From Ruditapes philippinarum (lineage: Eukaryota), in contig NW_026867154.1 of the NCBI RefSeq assembly GCF_026571515.1, positions 310,001 through 374,000 of the forward strand: 64,000 nt of DNA. The letters are read 5' to 3'. The notes beneath the pieces are model-generated. The model ran no database searches. It saw only the letters and a list, made by a program, of their open reading frames with translations, and was not told the origin of the DNA. Position 1 is the first letter of the stretch. Every line of letters begins with the position of its first letter. The translations under genes were made by a program, and so were the position numbers. Positions 16,821-37,021 of the stretch are shown piece after piece.

Positions 16821-19800
16821 TCAACTTGATGACATAACTTCGATCAAATCTGAAATCAATGCAATTTATACATTTGATTGTATGAAATATATAACCGTCT
16901 AAACCTTTAGTATTGAGTTTATGAATTACAATGTATGCACTAGCAATTGATATGGTTATGGTTAAATTCAATTGTAGATTGATCCTATCTATAAAATTGT
17001 GTACAATTTGTATTTTAATCACCATATACTGTATGCACCTACCGGCCACATCTTTATAAAATAAACCTGTTATAATTCATTATATCAAACCTTACCTTTA
17101 TAGTCGACGTGCCCATCGACAATATTAATATCAGCATCTTGTAAGATATCATTTGCTTCCTTTGTAGTAAGTCCACCACCCAAATTTGTCATGGCATTTC
17201 TGAGGTTAGCAGCACTTAATATACCATACCCCTCCTTATCGAATACTCTGAAAGCTTCATATATATCCTCATCCCCTTCTTCTTCATTCAGTTTTCTTTT
17301 CATTAAAGTGAGGAATTTTGCCTCACTCACTTTTCCCTTACCTTGTGATTAGAAGCAAAAAAATCATTTAAAGTACTAGAAAAAACAGTACATTTAGTCA
17401 TTTTTGAGTAAAACATACATGAACATGTACATTTTACTACCAAAAGAAATAATATATTTAAAATTAATGTAGAAAAAAATCTAAAAGAGTTTGTACACAA
17501 GTGTATAATTATCTGGACTATATATTTCACTATCATTAACTTAACATATTCTAATGCTAAATAAACTGTTATGTTTGCTCAAACGTAAAATAGAAATAAA
17601 TAGGGTTTACATTATTTTTGCGTAGGGTTTACATTAATTTACTTTAAAAGACATTCCCACCGACAGTCCTTTATAACCTACAGTTTACTTGGATATATTC
17701 AATTGGCGACAAATTGAAATTTCATTTTGCATAAGTAGCTTTTGAAAGACGTGTTCACCGAATTATTGAAAGGGTTGATACGAAAAACAATCCTCTAGGT
17801 GTAGCAATAACGGTTTTGGAATGATGACTTGCAATGAGAGACAACCCTGTTCGGAGTCTTCTTATTGGAGAGGTCATTAGTTGTCTCCACAGTGTTGAGA
17901 ATGATTGCTGGCGGCATCCATTTTTTGCGTATCAAATTGAAGCTAATGCATCTCATTTTAAGCCTTAAAACATTAAAACTAGTCTACTTAAATTGATTTG
18001 CACATGCTCTTCATATTTAATGCCCTTTTTGGGAGAGGAAATGTTTCTTTATACTTTCCAAAACATTAATCGAAAATCTGATCATTGGATTTTACAATCA
18101 TTTATTTTAAAGTTAGTTTGATAACATAACATAAATTGTTCTCTTTCTAGAAAAATATCCCTAATGCGCCAAGAAAATGTTCGTTTCTCCGCCAGATAAT
18201 CTTTTAAAAGTGCAAAACAAACTTTCATTATAATACTTTATTTAATTTTACCCATGAAATATGATGCTTTATTTAATTTTAACCATGAAATATGGTGCTA
18301 TATCAGTCAAATATATTTCATATTTTTTAAAAATAAATATGAAATATAAATATGAAAGTGGGCGGAGTCAAAACTTATTTTAAGGGACTTCTTTCGGCGT
18401 TTTGTTTGAAAAATCTGATAAATACAAAACAACTTTTTCTTGAATTTTGTTTTGAAAACTATCTAGCATGATAGAAAATGGTCTAACTAAGAAAATTAAT
18501 CCGAACACAAATATCTTTTATTCAGTAATTAACGCTGTACAGACGTTTAAAGAGTTGTTTACATGACGTCACAATGTAGCGCCAAACAGCGCGTGCTTAC
18601 GCATAAATTACTGCGCGCTGTACAATCGCAGTCGGTAGCAAGCAAGGGGATTCGTTACCATTTTCTTTGATAATGAAATTAAATAAAAAGGATATTTTTT
18701 TGTTTTTTCGTGAAATATGGTATATATTTTCACTCAACATGATAAAATGCCACATATTTTCACTCGCTGTACCGGCTCGTGAAAATATGTGGCATTTTAT
18801 CATGTTTCGTGAAAATATATTCCATATTTCACGCAAACGAAAAATATCCTCTTAATATCAGTCAAATATATTTCATATTTTTTTAAAAGTAAATATGTAA
18901 TATAAATATGAAAGTGGGCGGAGTCAAAACTCATATTTATTTTCGGGGACTTCTTTCGCCATTTTGTTTGAAAAATCTGATAATTACAAAAAACTTTTTG
19001 TTGAATTTTGTTTTGAAAACTATCTAGAATGATAGAAAATGGTCTAACTAAGAAAATAAATCCGAACACCAATATCTTTAATTCAGTCATTAACGCTGTA
19101 CAGACATTTAAAGAGTTGTTTACGTGACGTCACAATGAAGCGCTAAATATCGCGTGCAAAACAATAATTATATTACTGCGCGTTGTACAATTGCAGTTGC
19201 GTAGCAAGCAAGGGGGTTCGTAACCATATTTCTTTGATAATGAAATTAAATAAAAAGGTTGTTTTTTCGTTTTTCGTGAAATATCGTATATATTTTCACG
19301 AAACATGATAAAATGCCACATATTTTCACTCGCCGTCCCGGCTCGTGAAAATATGTGGCATTTTATCATGTTTCGTGAAAATATATTCCATATTTCACTT
19401 AAACGAAAAAATATCCTCTTAATATTCAATATGAATAATACATTCTATTTTGTTAAAAATTTGTAATTTATAATCAATTATTGTGCCTTTTATGCAAAAA
19501 TATCTCCAAATATTTTCGAATTAAACAAATCTTACACAGCTGCAGAAATACCTCTTGGTTGCTTGTATATCCCAGTTTGCTGAATATTTAAACATGCATT
19601 CTTTTTATGGCAATTAAATGCACTTGCGACAAAATCGATGGCTGAATCATTAATGATTCAACCCGTTGATGTTTTAAAAGTTGAACGTTTTTGAATTAAT
19701 CAAAATTGTTTTTTTTTACTTATGACTTTGAATAAAGTATCGAAGCACTTTATTACAACATCAATCTAGACTATGCAAAGGCACGTCGTGCAAAAGATGA

Positions 19801-21070
19801 CAGTTTTGGCGTTACGTACAATTCAAGCAAAAAGTGACCGGGTGTACCCAATGTTTGATAAACAAACATGTGTAAATCAAATGGTTTGGATATTAAACAG
19901 TTATGACCAATATAATCAACGTTATGCTGAAACGTAAGATGGATGTTTCTTCTTCGTATGAGTATAAGTATGAAAGAAAGAAGTTAAAACCAACTTTTGC
20001 GTTTAAAATAAGATTGATAACTTAAGTTTATCAAACAATGCAGTTTACCATCATCTAACTCTGCAATATCCCCATCAGTTGGTGTCCGTCCAAGACATCT
20101 TATTGCAGTTTCTAGATCATCTCTGTTAATTGTACCAGCATTTTCCACATCAAACACGGAGAATATTTCCTTGATGTCTACGAAAACGAAGATATAAGAA
20201 GTTATTAATCGTATAATTCCAATTTACAAATTTACCGAATACACTCAAAAAACATTCATGTAATAAAAAGAATAGAAACAGTTTGTTGAAGCAACTCCAA
20301 ACATAGATATTAAACAAAAATATTAGTTAGCGTCATTTTATGGCACTAGCAAAAAGGTAGGGGCTAGCGTTACCTGATGCTTTCATTATAAATTGGAACG
20401 ATTCACTTAATTAATATGATGTTGAAGACATTGCTAACCAAATAAGAAGTGCAATTAAATGTATTCATGCAAAGAAATGGATTTACTACATCCGTTTAAT
20501 AAACGAAATTAGTCAATTACTGCGATTTTAATTTTTTTTAAACATGTATATAATGAATAACATATTTATTTTAAAGATTTAGAGTGTAGAGACATGTAAT
20601 TCACCCGAAGAAATACTTTAAACAATCAAGCTGCAACATAGATGTTAGGTATTGAACAACATCATAGACACATTGTAAATATTACAGAAACTTTATACAG
20701 AAATATTGAAATTAAACAAACGTTATAAATAAATTATATAAACTTAACATAGACAAAACAGAAACTAAGACAAGATGAATATAACAAACTGGCTGTATAC
20801 GGTAGATTAAATATATTACATAAACATAAAAATAGATTACATACTTGCTTCGTGTGTACTGTCGACTTGATTTGCCTTAAAGATATAAATGAGCAGTAAA
20901 TAAATTTGCGTTACAATATGTTAAATTGATAATGCTCATCAAATACCGCTTACAATTTTTTAAATTATGTAATCGATACTTAAACGTACATGTTTATCAT
21001 ATTATTGTCAAATTATCAATCATTAAAACTTCGCGAAAAAAGAATAAACGAAATTTTAATGACCTACCAT
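16821..21070 (-). CDS. Highly divergent calmodulin-like protein (CaM-L4), 145 aa. Exons 21068-21070, 20845-20875, 20049-20177, 17096-17341, 16821-16849
   Basis: Same exon phases as CaM (3/31/129/246/29 nt), all GT-AG, open frame. Protein: [145 protein letters not shown]. Confidence 0.85.
18300..19425 (-). mobile_element. Tandem dimer (~555-570 bp unit) of a long-hairpin element in CaM-L4 intron 3
   Basis: The unit starts ATATCAGTCAAATATATTTCATA at 18300 and again at 18855. Each unit ends in a ~160 bp palindrome centred on CTCG..CTCG (18763-18779, 19329-19345). Confidence 0.85.
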
Positions 21071-22326
21071 TACTTCACTCCTTTGTGGTATGCACAAAAC
21101 ATAACTTCCGCCTTCAACAAGGATTTACAAAAGATCGTGTCAAATTTCTAAAACATGCAACGATGAAATTGATATGATATCTATAATAAACTTAACTTGA
21201 ATATCACGCAATAATATTAGTGTCGATCCGTTCAACATATTTGATTTATATGAAGTCAAGACGAAACAAATATTTCAACGGTTATCATGATCTTCAATTC
21301 AATTAAGTATTGAATTCTATTCGATATATAATTAATAAAGATAATACTAGTATTTTATCCCTCTACTATAGTACTTCCTATTTATAATACTTATTCAATA
21401 TGATTAAAATCACGGTAAGTGTCCAGCTTTATTTGTCATCAAATGAAAACGCTGTATTTCTTAAAAAATATGTGTGTTAATTTTCATAGAAGAACAAAAG
21501 TCGATACTTTATCGAATTCTGTTCATAGATGCCTTCTATTTTCATAGTATTTCATATAACCGCGTAGTGACTTAATTAAGTGAATAATAATGAGGCCAAA
21601 TAAAGCTTGATACTAAGTATGTTAGTATTCATCCGTAGTTGTTCATCGCTCCCGTTGAAGTTTCTAATTTCTGTAGAACAGCACAGATGAACACTAACAT
21701 ATACATAGACAGACACTGTTTGAAAAAGGACTTTTTTCAGGAAAACATTTGCAAAGTGTTGAAAACATCTGCGGAAGTTTATAAAATGTTGAATTCTGCT
21801 TGAGCGATATTTGAAACATAAAAAGCTGAGAACACAGACAAACAAGGCATAGCAGCTCCCAACAAAATCCAGGCATACGATTCATGACAAATACTACTTG
21901 TAAAATCGACTATATGACCTCCACACGACATAAATATTATATGTGGCAATAATTTAGAAAACAACAGAATTCCCGAAGAATGCCCAAACGGCAAATTGAA
22001 AATGTTGCTGGCTCAGTTTGATTGAGCCTGTTCATGGACGGTACTGGACGTGCAAGTTACCGTCCACACACCCATAGCACCGGCTTTAGAAAGCGGCGTA
22101 TGGTTGTATCTTGTCTATTCGTATTCAAATTATGGACGATTTTGCTTATTTTGAACAGAAATAAGGAAATGGATGGTAGAAAATAAGATTTTATTAAAGT
22201 AATATAGCAGTGTAACATAAAACAAACATGTATAATGTCATCAAGATGATCTTATTGCAGATTCATTTTGTAGATAATAATGCAAGTGTACAGTTTTTAA
22301 AAACAAAACAAAACTTGTTCTTCAGG

Positions 22327-25033
<2,707 letters not shown>

Positions 25034-25130
25034 CTGAAATAGATAAGGTATATCAGCAATTAACACTTTAGTTTGATTAATTTGTTACTAAATAATTTAT
25101 TTTATAAAGATTTATATTTTTAGACAGAAG

Positions 25131-25351
25131 TTTTGTTTGTTTGTTTCATTTAACGCCTTTTCCCAAAAGTATTTCAGTCATTAAGGCGGGTAGTTTCCAA
25201 ACCATCGTTCCTGGAGAGTTACACCAGTACTAGACTAGCTTCCTCCGTGCTAAACTACCAAAGCATCTCCCGGGGATCGAACCCACGCCAGAGAGGTAAC
25301 TGGATTAGAAGTCATCGACTCTAACCCCTCGACCACGGAGGCGGTCATTTA
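25131..25351 (-). mobile_element. tRNA-derived SINE with TSD
   Basis: Minus-strand head GCCTCCGTGGTCGAGGGGTTAGAGTCG...GGTTCGATCCC and a (CAAA)n tail. TSD AGACAGAAG at 25122-25130 and 25352-25360. Empty site at 30711 in the duplicate. Confidence 0.9.
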
Positions 25352-26521
25352 AGACAGAAGAAAACCGTCGGAAACATCAAAAGGGTTGAAACGTTTCATG
25401 ATTGCACTACGCATTATTGAAAACATAATAATAGAAAATAAATCGTTATCCAATTATGCACGGATCCAAATATTTCAAATATGAGTAAACGCGTAGTTGT
25501 ATTGTAAAATATCAATTTTATAATTGTGCCCATTGTAAAATATCTTTCATCGTTGATTTTTTTGTGGTGTAAAGCAGCATAGTATTGATCAAATTTGAAA
25601 AACATGAATTCTTCTTGTAAGATAAAATGTAATTAGACATAAAATCTTATTTAAGGTAATGGAAAAATAAAGTATATGAAACATATTGCAAAATAATGAA
25701 ATAGCAAAGGAATTTACAATTATTATGTACCATTCGGCGGCCAAAAATATACCATGCCAACAAAAAGCAATATATGAATGTTTAATGTACAAACAATTAC
25801 CAATCTTAGAGTTTCTGTGCTGACGTTTCTATCATAAAAGCCAAATAAATATTTTCGTGTATTTTCACACCTTAAAAACGAATATTATATTCTGGGGAAA
25901 TTGCATAAAGTTTTACTCATAATTTAACAAATCAGCTGTATTTATTGGCGCTAAGATAATATTGCATTAGAAAAGACATGGTTCGTAACAATATACAAAA
26001 AGTATGAGGAATTTGTATGACCCACAAACATTTTATTTTTATGACGATATGTTTGTTTAATTAATGTATGACAAAAATACTTTACTCGTCGCAGTATAAT
26101 AATAGTTTGTATTTCTAAAACAATGAAGACAAAATACAATAAAACATTAAGCGCGATATTTGAAACATAAAAAGATAAACACAGGCAAACAAGGCATAGA
26201 GGTGTTCAGAACGCAGCTTCCAACAAAACCAGGCACACGATTCATGACAAACACTACTTGTAAAATCGACTATAGTATAGTATATACTAGTGTGCTTTTT
26301 AGTGTCGTACGAGCATTTTGAAAAAGTACTTTAACAATACCAGGCAAGGAAATTTACTATGCAATTATATCAAAATAGAGTCCCCAAATCGACAAAATTA
26401 AAAATGTTGCAGGCTCGGATTAATTGTGTCTATTAATGGACGGTACTTGAAAATGTAAGTAACCGTCTACGCCCCCTGTCACCGGCCTAACCTAAATTCA
26501 ACATTTAAACATAAACATGAA

Positions 26522-26715
26522 GGGGAGCGGTGGCCTAATGGTTAAGGTGTCTGCCTCTCAACCCAGAGATCATGGGTTCGAGCCCTACTCGGGTAACGAC
26601 CATGTTTCTCCATATGACACCAGTACTGATTGGTTCCAGGAAGCGGACTCGAAAGTAATTCATATAAGTTGCAAGAATTGTTTCGCAATCGAGCTTAAAT
26701 AAATATGTTTAAACC
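26522..26715 (+). mobile_element. tRNA-derived SINE with 15-bp TSD
   Basis: Head GGGGAGCGGTGGCCTAATGGTTAAGG...GGTTCGAGCCC (A and B boxes). TSD AAACATAAA(C/A)ATGAA at 26507-26521 and 26716-26730. Confidence 0.9.
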
Positions 26716-27388
26716 AAACATAAAAATGAATTATGATGTTTACGGCAGTTATCATAGAACCTTCAATGTGACACTTTCATGCCATTCGATGCAAAGTGGC
26801 GTATAGAAATAGAAAATACCACAAACATGTGCACACAACAGTAAGGTTGCGCTGAACGGTCTCCTAGGATTGAAAGTATAACATCTTTGAATAAATGTAC
26901 TGGGCGACTTTTTGCGACCTCCAAACGGCACAAATAACACTGATGTGGCAATAATATAAAGAACAACAGAATCATTGAAGAACGACAATTTGAATGGCGT
27001 TGTATAGTCCCAAAGTAAACAAGCGTACCTGCTACAGTCTATATAGATCAGTGTTACTGAAAATAACGGATTGTTCACAACTATTTGCTTTATATAATAA
27101 AATTATATTCACGTATATGTTCTTGTCCGTCGTTATAAAGGTATTACTAATTTACATTAATTCGTTTTACAAACATATATGCAATCTTGTCAATTTATGT
27201 CTTGCTTATTTTGAACAGAAATAGGAAAATGGATGATAGAAAATAAGATTTTATTAAAGTAATATAGCAGTGAAACATAAAAAACATGTAAAAATGTCAC
27301 CCAGAAGATTTAATTGGCAGTTTCTTTTTTGTAGAAAATACGGGCAAGTGTCAGTTTTTAAAAAAAAATAAAAAACTTTTTTTAAAGG

Positions 27389-31763
<4,375 letters not shown>

Positions 31764-32689
31764 GATGGATTTAAGTAAATCTCCAAACAGATACAAACGA
31801 AACCTTTCCCTCCACGTTTACACCTATATATGTACCTGTGTGCCCTGAACCATACTGAATTAATCGTACAATGCGCAATGCGACATTATACATGAAGTAT
31901 GTATTATTGTTCACTTCAACAGCTTGTAAATGTAGTGTTAACTTTCTTAAGGCAATCGATATCATTAACATTTCCTTGTTATATGATTAACGTCTAATGT
32001 AATTATGTTATTTATCTACACATTAAGGTGTTTAATTAAAATACAGACTTTCACTTTTTGATTTAGCAATGATCGGTGCAAGTTTAAACAAGCGAGAGTC
32101 AATTCAATTCAATTTAATTTATTTATTTATTCAGCATAATGAGAAAAGCATTGGAATGTATGAGCATTCATTAACAGTTATCATTTAATTGTGTAAAATT
32201 AAGTATGTCTACCAGTATCTGTACACACCGGCTTTTGAAATATCATTAAAAGAAAACTAAACCTAAGTAATATTCATACACATTAAGTTATTCATTAAAC
32301 TCAGTTACCTTCATAAGCCGCGGTGTATTCAAATATTGTTGAAGCTATGCTACTTCAACAAAGTCACTGTATAGTAACAAAAATAATAACTCTCTTTTTT
32401 TCTAATTTGTTCACAAATACATACAAAATAAAGATTATTAAACATAGGATAACATTATAGTTTTTTTATTATTTATGTTTCATATTTTAGGAGTAACCTC
32501 CCTTATAGCAATGTGCACGTCTTTTAAAATACAATGGTGTAAATATGCAGCAAAACATAATGAAGCCTTACATTATGTCTATATCAACAAAGTTTGCTAC
32601 ATCTATGAAATTACTACTAAGAAGTTTGACAAGCACATTTTTTATCAGCCAAGAAGACATATTAAGCTAGTTTACATAACAAGCCAGGT

Positions 32690-33560
32690 TGACAGCAAGT
32701 TAATAGTGTTTGAAATTTCTGAATAGTTGGCCAATGGCAACAATATTGTGGAGACACTTATATTTGATGGTACGCCACAACGGGGTCAGACAAGTACGAA
32801 ATGATAGTCATCTTTTATAACATTCATGTGACAAAAGATACATTCCCTATCAGCCCTAACAATGTTATGATAACGAACCATTTCGATTGCAAATTTATGA
32901 ACAGACCACCGCAGTCGGTAATTGCTATTCTATGATCATTTACCTTTACACTCGATAAATATTTTTCAATATCAAAACTTTTTTTTTATAATTTTATAAG
33001 TAGTAAGTTTTGGCATAGTATCTAAAGTGTTAAAACTATTCTGACAAATTGCCTCTATATAGGCTTTCTATAGCTTTACTTATTCGGAGGTCAGTAACAA
33101 GTATACCATCAATCATATTATTCCATATGTAACTGGAACCCATCTCATCTAACAGTAGTTTAACACTAAGGGCCCATGAACCTTTAACAAAGTTCTTCTT
33201 ATCATACATAAAGCATCTGTAAATAAATGTATCAGGAGATCTAACAACCTTGCACCAGTACTTAAGATAATTTTTTTTACATATCAAGAGGCACTTAACC
33301 AAGCTTACCACAGACAGTTGCATTCGTTGTTTGATACATTCAAAATTTGTTTCAAAAATTAATATCAATCTTTTCCATATCTGGTACTTTATGAAATCCC
33401 CAAATCTCGCAGCCATAATTCAAAATTTGAAGAATCATTGAACCAAATAAATAAGTGTTACACTAATACCAAGAGGTACAACATCAAATAAAGAATTTTA
33501 ATTTAAACACAGCTTTTAAAGCTTTTTGAACACTTAAAATTTACCATTAGCAGACAAAAC
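32690..33560 (-). mobile_element. Degenerate LINE ORF2 3' remnant
   Basis: The minus strand translates as KYWCKVV...SWALSVKLLLDEMGSSYIWN and LRWSVHKFAIEMVRYHNIVRADRECIFCHMNVIKDDYHFVLV*P. This matches the C-terminal Cys/His motif of invertebrate non-LTR RT proteins. Stops are present. Confidence 0.75.
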
Positions 33561-34551
33561 ATGAAAAAGGTCGGTGATGATTGATTGAGAGTTTACGGAA
33601 TTAAAAGATATGAAAATATGTGAATATTTACACGAGAAACAACTGTTTTATCACCCTAATTTATAAAAATTTTGAGGACGTTTCTTGTTAAAACTTAAGA
33701 TGATAAAAACATATTTTATAGTCTGCTGTCGGTCTAAATTTTGAAACCAAGAATGAATTAATTTTTGATTTGGTTAACCGAGCATTATATTCTTCCGTTT
33801 AAGTGGTGTTCTTGTTAAATTTCATATTATTACAACAATTCCTCAGTTTTTTTTGCTTTGCATTAATGTCATTGTAAAATATCTTTCATCTTTGATTTTT
33901 TTGTGGTGTAAGCAGCATAGTATTGATCAAATTTGAAACATGAATTCTTCTTGTAAAATAAAATGTAATTAGACATAAAATCTTATTTAAGGTAATGGAA
34001 AAATAAAGTATATGAAACATATTGCAAAATAATGAAATAGCAAAAGGAATTTACAATTATTATGTACCATTCGGTGGCCAAAAATATACCATGCCAACAA
34101 AAAACAATATATGAATGAATGTTAAATGTACAAACAATTACCAATCTTAGAGTTTCTATGCTGACGTTTCTATCATAAAATGTCAAATAAATATTTTCGT
34201 GTATTTTCACACCTTAAAAACGAATATTATATTCTGGGGAAATTGCATAAAGTTTTACTCATAATTTAACAAATCAGCTGTATTTATTGGCGCTAAGGTA
34301 ATATTGCATTAGAAAAACATGGTTCGTAACAATATACAAAAAGTATGAGGAATTTGTATGACCCACAAACATTTTATTTTTATGACGATATGTTTGTTTA
34401 ATTCACATTTGCACGTTAGGTTTTGATGTATTTCTAAATCAATAGCATGTATTTGTGTTTCAGTAAGAAATGTCAAAAAGCGATGATAATGTTTTCGAAA
34501 ATACAAGCAAGACATCTCTGGAATGAAATTGTCGAAAAGTAGTCCTCAGGT

Positions 34552-37021
34552 TTATTTCGTCATCATCATTTTTACAAATTCTGAAAAAGAAATGCATAAA
34601 TTTTGCAAAAATTGATCTAAACTTTATACATATACTGTAAGTGATGCATTACATTTTATTTGCTTTTGTCGTAAAAGAAGTTACATTTACTTATAATGTA
34701 TCAAATTGTATTTAGTTGTTTTAACTGTAACTCTGTGTTAGTTTATTTTTTATAAACAAATTTAAAATTTATACTAAAATGTCTAACGTCGGATGTCAAT
34801 ATTTACGATTTGGGAAATCAGATACAAATGCAAATTGAGCAAACAAGTTCTTGAAAGAATACGAATATGAAGTAAAATAATTATTTTTTATAAACTTTGA
34901 TATCATGATATATATAATTTCCAAAAATAAAGTGATGACCTGTAATGTTTTTTTGTACAAAAAGTTATACACCGCCTTTTTAGTTTTTTTACATAATGAT
35001 AGAATCATACCATCATAATTAACATGACCATCACCATCACCATCTGCTTCTCTAATCATTTCATCAACTTCTTCATCTGTAAGTTTTTCTCCTAGTTTAG
35101 TCATCACATTTCGTAGTTCAGATGCACTTATAAATCCGTTGCCATCTTTATCGAAGACACGGAAAGCGTCGCGAATTTCTTCTTCACTATCTGTATCCCT
35201 CAGTTTACGAGCCATCATATTGAGAAATTCAGCAAAGTCTATCGTTCCATTTCCTAAAATAATTAACTTATATTTTCATTGCAGTTATACTGTAGGTGTT
35301 TTTCAGTTTTGGGTTGAATTGATACGTTTTCTACGTTGTTAAGTACAGTATAATTGACACATGTACAGTTACTATACATAATTTTATGGTCACAAATTTA
35401 GAATTTTATTTTATCAACGACGAATACTGATAATGTGACGAAATAGTCATACAACATTACCATCAGCATCCACTTCATTGACCATTTCTTTTAAATCAGC
35501 TTCTGTGGGATTCTGTCCCAAGGACCTCATTACTGTTCCTAACTCTTTTGTTGTGATTGTGCCATCACCATCCTTGTCAAAAAGACTGAACGCCTCTTTG
35601 AATTCTGTAACAAAGTCAAAACATTACTTTGATACAATTTTACTTCAGTACACATTGAATTTGACAGAACTTTTTGTTAATCTTATATTCTAACACGACT
35701 CGCATTTTTCCCCATTGAACATAGAAGAACCGAAAGTGTGTGTTATTTTAGAAATAATATATCCCAAACAGTGATTTTATCGCTCAATAACATCACTGTT
35801 TGGAGTTCGGATGCGAGGAATTATATCACGAGGGCGTAGCCAATGTGATATAATGATGCGCATCTGAACGACAAACAGTGATGTTATTAAGCGATAAAAT
35901 CACTGATTTGGATATATTATTTCGATTCTAACACGACATTAACAAATAAATGTTGCGGTACTTGATAGTTAAGCAAAATTGCGCCTGATTTGTTTCCGAA
36001 CTTATTTTCAGCGTGTCGGATTTTTAGTAGTTACGTCACGTGTATAATGATTACGTCACATGTCTAAATATAGAACGTCAAACAGTGATTTTATAGCATA
36101 ATAACACACACTTTGGTTCTTCTATGTTCAATAGGGAAAAATGCGCTTGTGTTAGAATTAATTAGACCCCTATAATGTTTTCCCATCTAATTGAAAGATC
36201 GAATTAGTTTGTCATGAAGGAGAAATTGTCATTTCAGACATAGCTCAAGCTTGTAAAGTACAAAGTTCGTCCATTTCAAGTAATAGTTTTATAAAGTTAT
36301 ATAGGTTTGCAATTTCTTTCGTCATATTACTCTTGTAAATAAAAAAGCATAAAGTTATACAAGTAACACTAGTCTATCAATAGTTTGCAAATATAATATA
36401 TAGAATGCGTGTTTTACTTCTAGAATCATGCGCACTATAAAATCAACTGTTTTGATTAAACAAATAATTAATGAAGTGGTCAATGGAAATGCTAACATGG
36501 AAATCGTTGACAAAACAAGAATATTTACCAGCAATTTGATCCCCGGACAACTGATCTACCTGTAAAAAAGGTACGAATGTATTCTATATCAAAATAATTG
36601 TTTTTCAATATATATTCTCGTATATGGATATATTTAATGAAAAAATAATGAATATTTTTATACATAATTTAGAATAAATCAATAAAGATGGATGATCATT
36701 TCAAATGCATCCACATTTATATTAACTTATTAATTTTGACGAGAATTTAATCTAAACATGCTTCAAATGAAAGGACACATACTATTTTATGTAAGTGGGG
36801 GAAATATTCGCGCATGAAATATTAAGATGAATTGTAGATGCTGTTCAGCAAGCAAAATTAAGTGGTATTTGACAGTAAATATGTAGACAATAGATTCCAT
36901 TACCTTATAACTATTTTGTAAAATGGTTTGTATTAGGACATATATATCTATTTAATATATTTATAAATATTATACTAATATCCTTTTTTTCATCGTGCAC
37001 TTTGATGACCTGACTTACCAT
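34552..37021 (-). CDS. Calmodulin-like paralogue CaM7, 149 aa. Exons 37019-37021, 36529-36559, 35461-35604, 35011-35253, 34552-34580
   Basis: GT-AG introns. Protein: [149 protein letters not shown]. Confidence 0.95.
35687..36158. mobile_element. Element with ~60-bp outer inverted repeats and an inner ~170-bp hairpin (CaM7 intron 2)
   Basis: Outer IR ATTCTAACACGACTCGCATTTTTCCC...GTGTGTGTTATT with its reverse complement at 36100-36158. Inner palindrome 35752-35923, apex CGAGGGCGTAGCC. Confidence 0.8.

Noticed and set aside
18597-19429. ORFs on both strands with similar sequence
   Set aside because: They are a consequence of the palindromic repeat.
25725-25756. ATG|gt dinucleotides as a replacement exon 1 for CaM5
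   Set aside because: The donors are weak (gtacat, gtatat), they lie in sequence duplicated from the CaM7 3' region, and there is no promoter motif. Not supportable without transcripts.
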